Shown here: in pieces, positions 56,523-64,000 of the stretch
How the letters are laid out: every line of letters begins with the position of its first letter
How positions within the stretch are numbered: the stretch's first letter is position 1
NCBI GenBank assembly: GCA_965202805.1
Contig: OZ241869.1
Span: 256,001-320,000 of the forward strand
Direction: 5' to 3'
Source of the DNA: Longimicrobiales bacterium
Lineage (GTDB): Bacteria > Gemmatimonadota > Gemmatimonadetes > Longimicrobiales > Gaopeijiaceae
Length of the DNA: 64,000 bases
Position numbers and translations under genes: made by a program
Notes under the pieces: model-generated
What the model was told of the DNA's origin: nothing
The model's input: only the letters and a program-made list of their open reading frames with translations
The model's database searches: none

Positions 56523-57680
56523 ATGGAATTTGTACGTCGATTTTTCCGCATTCCCGAGCAGAGCTTCTTCCTGTTCGGTCCCCGTGGAACCGGCAAGTCT
56601 ACATGGCTGCGCGCGCAATTGCCCGACTCCCTGTACCTCGATCTGCTGGAACCGCCCCTCCACCGCAGGTTGCTGGCGCGGCCGGAACGGCTCCGGCGGC
56701 TGCTGGCCGGTTCCCCGCAGGCGCGCACCGTCGTAATCGACGAGATTCAGAGGGTGCCGGAACTGCTCTCCGTTGTGCACGCAATCCTGGAGAGCCCGTC
56801 GCCACCGCGCTTCGTGCTGACCGGGTCGAGCGCCCGCAAGCTGAGGCGCGGTGATGTCAACCTGTTGGGAGGCCGGGCCTTGCACTGCACCCTTCATCCC
56901 TTCATGGCTGCCGAGTTGCCCACTTTCGATCTTGAGCGCGCACTTGCGACCGGCCTGGTCCCCCTCGTCGTCGATGCGCGCGATCCCGAAAGGAGCCTGG
57001 GCGCCTATGCCAGCGTCTACATCGATCAGGAGGTGCGCGCCGAGGGACTTACCCGCAACGTCGGCGGCTTTGCGCGGTTTCTGGAAGCGATCAGCTTTTC
57101 CCACGGCGGGCAGCTGAACATCTCGTCCATCGCCAGGGAGTGCGAAGTGGAGCGCAAGGCGGTCGCCGGGTACGTCAGTATCCTGGAGGACCTCCTGGTC
57201 GCGTTTCGGCTGCCGGTGTTCCGTAAGCGCGCCAAACGGGCGACCGTAGCCCGCGACAAGGTCTACCTGTTCGACACGGGCGTCTTCCGTTCCTTGCGTC
57301 CCACCGGACCACTCGACCGCCCCGGCGAGATCGACGGCCAGGCGCTCGAAGGGCTGGTGGCTCAGCATCTGCGGGCCTGGGCCGCGTATTCGCCTGGCGA
57401 CGCGTCCGTGTATTTCTGGCGCACCCGAGGAGGGTCCGAGGTCGATTTCGTTGTCTATGGAGAAGCCGGCTTCCACGCATTCGAAGTCAAGAACGCCCGT
57501 CGCGTGCATGCCTCCGACCTCCGAGCCCTGCGGACATTCCGAGGCGATTACCCGGAGGCGACCGCGGCACTCTTGTACCGTGGCTCCGAACGGTTGAGAA
57601 TCGACGGTATCTGGTGTCTGCCGGTGGAGGCCTTTCTGGCGCGGATCGTACCGGAAGAAGGCCTGCTGGACTGGCTTTGA
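56523..57680 (+). CDS. AAA+ ATPase with DUF4143 domain (second paralog)
   Basis: FGPRGTGKST, IDEIQRVP, LTGSSARKL, KVYLFDTG, YFWRT..GSEVDFV, FEVK. Confidence 0.92.
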   Translation: MEFVRRFFRIPEQSFFLFGPRGTGKSTWLRAQLPDSLYLDLLEPPLHRRLLARPERLRRLLAGSPQARTVVIDEIQRVPELLSVVHAILESPSPPRFVLTGSSARKLRRGDVNLLGGRALHCTLHPFMAAELPTFDLERALATGLVPLVVDARDPERSLGAYASVYIDQEVRAEGLTRNVGGFARFLEAISFSHGGQLNISSIARECEVERKAVAGYVSILEDLLVAFRLPVFRKRAKRATVARDKVYLFDTGVFRSLRPTGPLDRPGEIDGQALEGLVAQHLRAWAAYSPGDASVYFWRTRGGSEVDFVVYGEAGFHAFEVKNARRVHASDLRALRTFRGDYPEATAALLYRGSERLRIDGIWCLPVEAFLARIVPEEGLLDWL

Positions 57681-57694
57681 ACGCGAGTGCCGAT

Positions 57695-58897
57695 ATGACA
57701 GAAGCCTGCCCCAACTGCGGATCGTATCGCCCCGACCGCTTCTGCAGCCACTGCGGCCAGAACGACCGCGACTACATGCGCGGCCTCTGGTCGGTGGTGT
57801 ACGAGTTCTTCCGCGAGATGTTCGAGCTGGACTCGAGGCTCTTCCGCACCCTGAAGTCGCTGCTCTTCAGGCCCGGACACCTGTCGAGGGAATTCTCCCG
57901 CAACCGCCGCGCCGCCTACATGTCGCCGGTCCGGCTCTACCTCTTCACCAGCTTCCTGTTCTTCCTGGTGCTGTCGATTTCAGCGGGGGGTTGGCTGCGG
58001 AATCTGGATATGTCGGATGCGGATGTGCAGATGGGCGCCGGCGACGATCCCGCGGCAGCGGACAGCGCGCGTGCGGTGGCCGACAGCCTGCTGGCGGCGG
58101 TGGACAGCGCTCTGGCCGATAGCGGGCTTCCGGCTGGACTCGGGCTTGGCGCGCTTGTGGATGGCGTACTGGCGGATAGTACGCTGGCGGCGGACACACC
58201 GGCGGACAGTACCCTTGCCGAGGGTGCGCCGGCAGCCCCGGCGAGAGCACCGGGGGCCGCGGCGGAAGCGCAGATGGGCGCCGGGGATGATCAGGGGAGC
58301 GAAGCGGTGGATTCCGTCCAGCTCGAAGTCCTCAAGGCCCGGCTGCTCCCCGAACACGCCCGCAAGGTGGATGACATCCTGGGCCGACCGGGCGAGTCGC
58401 CCGCGAAGCTGGTGGTCCGCGTACTTGCCGGATCGGTGGACCCGGACGAGCGCGCCAGCGGTGTGCCCGGATGGCTCATCCGGTACGGGCGCAGCCTCCT
58501 GATCGATGCCGCCCACAGCCCCGAGGCCTTCCTGCAGCGGGCCATCGGCAACCTGCCGATCACGATGTTCTTCCTGCTTCCGGTCTTCGCCATGATCCTC
58601 GGGGTCTGCTACTTCCGGAGGAAGAGGTTCTTCGTCGAGCATCTGGTGTTCGGCATGCACATCCACACCTTCGCCTTTCTGATGCTGGCAGCGGCGCTGC
58701 TGGTACCCGGCGAAACCACCGGCAACTGGGTGAAGCTGTTCCTGATCGTGGTACCCCCGCTCTATGTCCTCATCGCCATGCGCAGGTTCTATGGCGAGGG
58801 ATGGGGCCGGACGCTGGTCAAGGGGTTCGTGGTGTGGAACCTGTACTCGTTCGTGCTCGTCCCCGGTCTCCTGCTGGCGTTTCTCATCAGAACCTGA
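57695..58897 (+). CDS. DUF3667 domain membrane protein
   Basis: CPNCG...FCSHCGQ zinc ribbon, LLFRPGHLS, YMSPVRLY, FVEHLVF..H.H.F. Confidence 0.85.
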   Translation: MTEACPNCGSYRPDRFCSHCGQNDRDYMRGLWSVVYEFFREMFELDSRLFRTLKSLLFRPGHLSREFSRNRRAAYMSPVRLYLFTSFLFFLVLSISAGGWLRNLDMSDADVQMGAGDDPAAADSARAVADSLLAAVDSALADSGLPAGLGLGALVDGVLADSTLAADTPADSTLAEGAPAAPARAPGAAAEAQMGAGDDQGSEAVDSVQLEVLKARLLPEHARKVDDILGRPGESPAKLVVRVLAGSVDPDERASGVPGWLIRYGRSLLIDAAHSPEAFLQRAIGNLPITMFFLLPVFAMILGVCYFRRKRFFVEHLVFGMHIHTFAFLMLAAALLVPGETTGNWVKLFLIVVPPLYVLIAMRRFYGEGWGRTLVKGFVVWNLYSFVLVPGLLLAFLIRT

Positions 58898-58954
58898 GCG
58901 AAGTCTTTTCCTTCAGTTGGGCGTAGTATCAGTTGTGGATGTGCGATAGTATCA

Positions 58955-60991
58955 TCACCGCACCCGCCCGAAGCGCACGTCGCGCGTTCGCCCGTTCGAG
59001 AGGTAGAAGCCGATCACCTGACCGTTGCGGTCGCGCTCGAAGCGGAAGGTGAACCCGCTTCCCGAGAAGGTGTCCGGCTGGCCCGGCTCGAGCGCAGCGT
59101 CGTCGAGCCGGCGCTGCTTCATCACCAGCTCGCCGTCCTCCAAGGCGATGTCGTAGAAGGTCTCGACTTCCTCGCTGAAGTAGCGGCCGGCGTACTCGGC
59201 CGGATCCGGGGCCCCTTCCGCCGACTCGTCCGCCAGCCGCGTGGCGGGATGCTCGCCGTTCTGGTGCAGCGTGAGGCCGCTGACCGCGCCGTCCTCGTCG
59301 CGGTGGAAGGTGACCGAGGCCACCACCGCGGTCAGGCTGAAGGTCGAGTCCGAGGTGGGCACGATCCCGACTCGCGGCTGGCCGGTCGCCTGGACGTGGA
59401 GATCGTCGTCCTCGCGCGTGAAGGTGAGGATGAAGTTCGGGGCCTCGTCGAGGGCATAGCGGCCGACGAACTCGTCGAAGTCCTCGGGATCGTAGTCGTC
59501 GGGATCGAAGCCGCCTTCGTCGCCTTGCTCGACCAAGGCCTCCTCGGGCTCCATCGCGTCCGCGAAGAAGGCCGCCGCGAGCTCGTACGCCACCGCGCTG
59601 CTGAACTCGGCGTTGTTGCTCTGCGTGGTCAGGCCGGCGTTGATCTCCGGGTAGTAGGCCAGCATCGAACGGTGCGCGACGTCCGCGCCCCCGTGATGCA
59701 CCCGCCTGAGCCCGCGTTGCTCGTCTACGGAGAGACCGTACCCGTAGCCGGTCTCCTCGCCGTCCGAGAGGACGTAGGAGGTCATCATCTCGTCGAAGAT
59801 CCCGGCGCTGCCCAGCCGCGGGCTGGCGTAGTTCTCGACCCAGGTCTGCAGGTCTCCCACCGTCGAGTACATGCCGCCCGCACCCGCGGCGCCGCCCAGG
59901 TCGCCGACCTGGAGGAAGCCGTCGGGCCCGGGCGTGTAGCCCTCCGACATCTCCGGGACGATGTGGAGGGGCGAGGGGCGCACCATCGTGCGGGTCATCC
60001 CCAGGGGCTCGAAGACGTTCTCGCGCATGAAGGTGGGGAAGTCCTGGCCGGATGTGCGTTCGACGATGACCGCGGCCAGCCCGAAGGCCGTGTTGTTGTA
60101 GTTCCACTCGGCGCCGGGCTCGTTCTGCAGCGCGGGCTGGCGCTGCACGATGTCGATGAGCTCCGAGCGATCGATCCAGTCGCCGCGGTCCAGCCGGCGC
60201 CCGGTCATGCGGATCAGGTTCAGAAACTCGCGCAGGCCGGAGGTATGGGTGATGAGATGGCGCACGTTGATGGTCTGATCGAATTCCGGAAGCTCGGGGA
60301 TGTGCTTGCGGATGTCGTCATCGAGGGAGAGCAGCCCCCACTCGGCCTGGAGCATGATCGCGAAGGCGGTGAACTGCTTCGAGGTCGAGCCGATGTTGGT
60401 GCGCGTGTCGGTGGCGAAGGGGATGCCGTAGCCGAGGTTGGCCATGCCGTAGGCCTGCGAGTAGAGCGTCTCGCCGTCGCGCCAGACCTGGACCGCCGCC
60501 CCAGGGGTGTCCTCGCCGTCGAACCGCGCCATGAGCTGGTCCGTGAGCTTCTTCGGGTCGGTCTCGAGCGGCTCCAGGCGGAGCAGGGTGATCTCGTACT
60601 CGCCTGATTCGTCGTCGACCAGCGTCAGCTCCACGATGTGCGTGCCGGCTTCGGAAGAGCGTGCGTCGAAGCGCTCGATGCCCCGGCCGGGGCCGCTCGA
60701 GTCGCCCAGACGTTCTCCGTTGGGGGCGCGCACGTGCACGCGCAGATTCGCCGAGAGCTGGTCCACCTCGCCGAGCACGAAGTAGTCCTCGCCGGCCTCG
60801 AAGGTGTAGTGGACGGTGTCGCCTTCCGAGAGGGAGCCGGACAGCGTACGGCCGAGGGAGAGGGGCGTCGCGTCCTGAGCGGCGAGATGGCGGGGCAGGG
60901 GCGCCGCGCAGGCGACGGCCGCGAGCAGGGTGAGCGCGGCGAGCCGGACGACGCGGGAGGGGATCAGGATCGCTTCGGGTTGTTCACGCAT
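58955..60991 (-). CDS. Serine hydrolase (beta-lactamase/AmpC-like) with N-terminal PPC-like and C-terminal DUF3471-like domains
   Basis: GSTSKQF (SxxK), LITHTSG, YNN, HGG motifs; signal peptide. Confidence 0.9.
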   Translation of the reverse strand: MREQPEAILIPSRVVRLAALTLLAAVACAAPLPRHLAAQDATPLSLGRTLSGSLSEGDTVHYTFEAGEDYFVLGEVDQLSANLRVHVRAPNGERLGDSSGPGRGIERFDARSSEAGTHIVELTLVDDESGEYEITLLRLEPLETDPKKLTDQLMARFDGEDTPGAAVQVWRDGETLYSQAYGMANLGYGIPFATDTRTNIGSTSKQFTAFAIMLQAEWGLLSLDDDIRKHIPELPEFDQTINVRHLITHTSGLREFLNLIRMTGRRLDRGDWIDRSELIDIVQRQPALQNEPGAEWNYNNTAFGLAAVIVERTSGQDFPTFMRENVFEPLGMTRTMVRPSPLHIVPEMSEGYTPGPDGFLQVGDLGGAAGAGGMYSTVGDLQTWVENYASPRLGSAGIFDEMMTSYVLSDGEETGYGYGLSVDEQRGLRRVHHGGADVAHRSMLAYYPEINAGLTTQSNNAEFSSAVAYELAAAFFADAMEPEEALVEQGDEGGFDPDDYDPEDFDEFVGRYALDEAPNFILTFTREDDDLHVQATGQPRVGIVPTSDSTFSLTAVVASVTFHRDEDGAVSGLTLHQNGEHPATRLADESAEGAPDPAEYAGRYFSEEVETFYDIALEDGELVMKQRRLDDAALEPGQPDTFSGSGFTFRFERDRNGQVIGFYLSNGRTRDVRFGRVR

Positions 60992-61013
60992 GGATTCTTC
61001 TCGGGAAGGGGTC

Positions 61014-61724
61014 TCACCTGGAACGTGCGCCGCTTCGTCGCGGCGGTACCCGGGATCGGCGTGGAGATGCCGGCGTGACGGGCGACCGATCCTCCCCCAG
61101 CTCCCGCCAGACCAGATACGAGTAGGCGGTCGGAATCATGACCATGGCAATGAACACCAGCGCGGAGACCCACAATCGCGCGGGATGGGGCAGGAAGCCG
61201 GTGGCCACGATCAGGAGGCCGGCGGCCGCGCACGTGCGGGCGCCCAGTCGGTGCGTTCGACGCCAGACGGTGTCGCTCGAGAGGGTCCAGGGCGTCCGAA
61301 TGCCGGTCCACCGATTCGGGGAGAGGCGGCGCAGGATGGGGCTGATTCCCGCGAACAGGAGGCCCATTCCGATGAGCATCGCCTGCATGGGGTCGACCTC
61401 CCATCCGAGACCCAGCCCCAGCATGAGAACGTGCGCGGCCGCCAGGAAGATCAGGACGAGGTTGCAAAGCAGCCAGTAGTTCTTCAGGGACTCGGCATGG
61501 CGATGGCGGCGCGGGCCGATGCGCGGCAGACCGAGGAAGAGAAGCCAGACGCCAACTCCGACGAACACCATGAGAAACGCGCCAATGGCCTTCGACATCG
61601 TGCCGTCGGGCTCGCCGGCCAGATTCCAGTGGATCGGGATCTCGGCCGGGAGTGCGGGGAGGACCAGAAGGGAATAGGCGGCCATTCCGGCCACGATGAG
61701 GAATCCGAACCACTTGCGCGTCAT
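61014..61724 (-). CDS. SdpI/DUF1648 family membrane (immunity-like) protein
   Basis: LPAEIPIHWNLAGEPDG, PNRWTGIRTPWTLSSDTVWRRTHR. Confidence 0.88.
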   Translation of the reverse strand: MTRKWFGFLIVAGMAAYSLLVLPALPAEIPIHWNLAGEPDGTMSKAIGAFLMVFVGVGVWLLFLGLPRIGPRRHRHAESLKNYWLLCNLVLIFLAAAHVLMLGLGLGWEVDPMQAMLIGMGLLFAGISPILRRLSPNRWTGIRTPWTLSSDTVWRRTHRLGARTCAAAGLLIVATGFLPHPARLWVSALVFIAMVMIPTAYSYLVWRELGEDRSPVTPASPRRSRVPPRRSGARSR

Positions 61725-63061
61725 CTCGCACCTCCTGCAGGGGCTTGACCCGATTCCGTCCCTACGATCCGGAATACTTGAACTGTTTCCGTATCGAGCG
61801 AGTCCCTGGCTACGCCGAGCAGGCGATCCCCGTCGATGTCATGAAGGTCGAACCGGTCGGGGAGGGTGAGATTGCCCAGCCAGGCCCCGGTCGGGTCGAA
61901 CACCGTCCACGTCTCCGTGAAGACGATGGGGCCGGGGAGGCGCGTGTCGAAGGGGCCGAAGGATTCTTCCGGGAAGGCGCGTGCCCAGATGCCGCCCCGG
62001 TCATCCAGCAGGAGCCGGTCGAAGAGCGGCTTGTGCGTCGGATCCTCGGGATACTCGTCGAGCGCCGGGAAGAGCAGCCTGGTTTCCGGCTCGCCGGCCG
62101 GTGCCCAGGCGAGAAATTCCATCCGTCGCTCGGAATAGCGCTGCCGGTCCCTGGCCGACACCGGTTGGGGCCGACCGGCCCATCGAACAATCGACCGGAG
62201 GCCGCCGCCGGAATCGTAGCGTCGGAGTTCCGGGATTCGTCCATTCCCGACAACAAACCGGTCCTTGCGTGTCGCGTGCGTGCGACCGGATGTCCCCCAG
62301 GGGATGACCCACGGACGCGCGCCTCCGTCGAATGTCCGGGTCCATGCCTCGAGCAACCCGGCTGTGGCAACGGTGTCGACGGCTTCCGAGAATGCGTCGA
62401 CCCACGCGAAGGCATCCTCGATGAAGCCCTGACGGCCGACGGGGGGCATCCGGCTGCGCTGCTGCACGAGAGCTCGCCGGCAGCTGGTGGAGATACCCTG
62501 CACCGGTGCCGGCTGTCCGCCCAACCGATACTCCGCCCGCCGCGCGAACGTCCCATCCCGGTCGAAGAGGTGGAGCGTCAGCCGGGAGTGGACCGCGATG
62601 GAATCGCCGCCGCATACGTGAACGCCGACGATGTTCCGAAGTTCTCCCGGGCCCTCGCCCCGCCCCCCGAAGCGACGGGAAAGCGTGCCGGCGGCGTCGA
62701 AGACCAGCACTTCGGAAGTGCCCGCGCTGGCGACGACGATTCCGTCCTCCGGGAGGAATCGGGCGCCCTGCACGCGGTACAGTGGAATCTCGTCCCGACC
62801 TTCGTCCGGGCTCGAGGATGCACCGATCACCACTTCGGGCATGGACGCGACCTGCCAACCTTGTCCTTCGCCCCACACGGGCGCTGCGCTCTCGACGATC
62901 CGGATGGCGGCGCTGTCGCGCTCGACGGTCGAACGAAAGTCGGAAGCCGTCTCATCCCCGGAGCCGCATCCCGCGAGCGCCGCCGCCGTGATGGCGAGGG
63001 ATGCCCTCCGGATCCGGAAGCCGCGATCCGGATGCCGGCTACATCCCCTTCTCGCCTCCAT
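61721..63061 (-). CDS. 6-bladed beta-propeller lipoprotein, hypothetical
   Basis: Lipobox LAGC; FGGRGEGPGE; C-terminal WTVFDPTGAWLG...GVARDSLDTETV. Confidence 0.8.
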   Translation of the reverse strand: MEARRGCSRHPDRGFRIRRASLAITAAALAGCGSGDETASDFRSTVERDSAAIRIVESAAPVWGEGQGWQVASMPEVVIGASSSPDEGRDEIPLYRVQGARFLPEDGIVVASAGTSEVLVFDAAGTLSRRFGGRGEGPGELRNIVGVHVCGGDSIAVHSRLTLHLFDRDGTFARRAEYRLGGQPAPVQGISTSCRRALVQQRSRMPPVGRQGFIEDAFAWVDAFSEAVDTVATAGLLEAWTRTFDGGARPWVIPWGTSGRTHATRKDRFVVGNGRIPELRRYDSGGGLRSIVRWAGRPQPVSARDRQRYSERRMEFLAWAPAGEPETRLLFPALDEYPEDPTHKPLFDRLLLDDRGGIWARAFPEESFGPFDTRLPGPIVFTETWTVFDPTGAWLGNLTLPDRFDLHDIDGDRLLGVARDSLDTETVQVFRIVGTESGQAPAGGAR

Positions 63062-64000
63062 AATCGATCTCCGTCACCAGAAACTCCTCGAAGAAGTCCA
63101 GCATGTCGTGGAGTTTCTCGATCGTATTGTCGCGCCCATATACGTAGTACCCCTCGCCGGGATATGCCTTATATCGCACGATCTTGTAATGCTGATCGAG
63201 TTTGCGGGCGAAGTCGAGGGCGGCGGGCGCACCCCCTTCCGCCAGGCGCCAGTCGGCCGCGATGCCCTCGCCCTGAATCACGAACGTGGGCGTGGTTACC
63301 TGATGCGCCTTGAATATCGCGGAACTGTTGAGATAGACGTCGCGATTCTCCGGATACGGGCCCAGTTCATATTCGACCAGCTTGATGTGCTGCAGTTCGT
63401 GGACCTCGGTGTGGAAGTCGGTCATGTCGCCGTAGCCCGAGAGCGAAATCGCGGCCTGGAAGACATCCGGGGCGAAGGCCACCGCGGCCATGGTCATGAT
63501 GCCGCCGTAGCTGGTGCCGGTGACCGCGATCCTGTCGGGGTCCACGTAGGGCAGGGTCTTCAGGTAGTCGACGCCCGCCAGAACGTCCTCCAGGTCGCAG
63601 TGCCCCCAGCATTCGTTGTTCAGGTCCTCGAACTCGAGGCCGTAGCCGGAGCTGCCGCGGATGTTGGGCATGAGCACGACGTAGCCGCGCTGGGCGAAGA
63701 AGTGGACCTGCTGGTGGCGGCGGAACTGGTCGTCGAACTGGGACGTGGGGCCGCCGTGGATCCACATCACGCCGGGGAAGCGCTCGCCCGGGGCCGCGTC
63801 CGGGGGCCCGTGCAGGTAGGCCTCGATCGTGAGACCGTCGGTGCTCGGGTAGCGCACCTTTTCGGGCATGTGGAGCCCGTCCGCCTCTCCCGCCGGAATC
63901 TCGCTGTGCAGGAGCCGCTTCTCGCCCGACGCCACGTCGATGACGAAGAGCTCCGCGGGCCGCACCGGGGTCTCGAAGGTATAGCTGATGCGCGTTCCGT
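63039..64000 (-). CDS. S9 family alpha/beta hydrolase (partial; 5' end outside window)
   Basis: WIHGGP, PNIRGSSGYG, GTSYGG nucleophile motif; atypical C-terminal triad region. Confidence 0.85.
   Translation of the reverse strand, partial: GTRISYTFETPVRPAELFVIDVASGEKRLLHSEIPAGEADGLHMPEKVRYPSTDGLTIEAYLHGPPDAAPGERFPGVMWIHGGPTSQFDDQFRRHQQVHFFAQRGYVVLMPNIRGSSGYGLEFEDLNNECWGHCDLEDVLAGVDYLKTLPYVDPDRIAVTGTSYGGIMTMAAVAFAPDVFQAAISLSGYGDMTDFHTEVHELQHIKLVEYELGPYPENRDVYLNSSAIFKAHQVTTPTFVIQGEGIAADWRLAEGGAPAALDFARKLDQHYKIVRYKAYPGEGYYVYGRDNTIEKLHDMLDFFEEFLVTEIDYGGEKGM

Overview
High-GC bacterial chromosome segment with about 50 CDS. I recognised no rRNA, tRNA, CRISPR array or intact transposase. The gene content (S9 peptidases, a VPS10/BNR propeller, 6-bladed propeller lipoproteins, DUF4143 AAA ATPases, a PIN toxin-antitoxin pair, a sulfotransferase) resembles Gemmatimonadota, possibly a sponge-associated lineage; this is inference only. 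Main blocks in order: TetR-TolC-MFP-RND efflux operon (0.1-7.1 kb); Tat-signal aminotransferase; decayed PIN toxin-antitoxin module frameshifted into an agmatinase-family gene; an accessory island at about 10.7-23.2 kb; PQQ dehydrogenase, PDZ protein, short Rho, tesA/ybbA/ybbP-like trio; peptidases; an AT-richer islet with an AraC-type regulator, its decayed duplicate, a small disulfide-clamped secreted protein and a propeller lipoprotein; an ArsI/CadI plus SigZ pair; egtB-egtD divergent from a betaine/ergothioneine-type ABC importer; amidase, SDR, serine hydrolase, SdpI and a partial S9 protein. The best candidate for an undescribed system is the 10.7-23.2 kb island. It holds a tightly coupled operon of three cytochromes P450, an MpaB/Lcp-like heme oxygenase, a sulfotransferase and its own PAPS supply (cysD, cysNC), with no scaffold synthase. 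It is flanked on one side by an NCS2/UraA-fold permease fused to a degenerate RsbW-like domain and on the other by two STAS anti-anti-sigma proteins. All family calls come from motif recognition by eye; no database searches were run.
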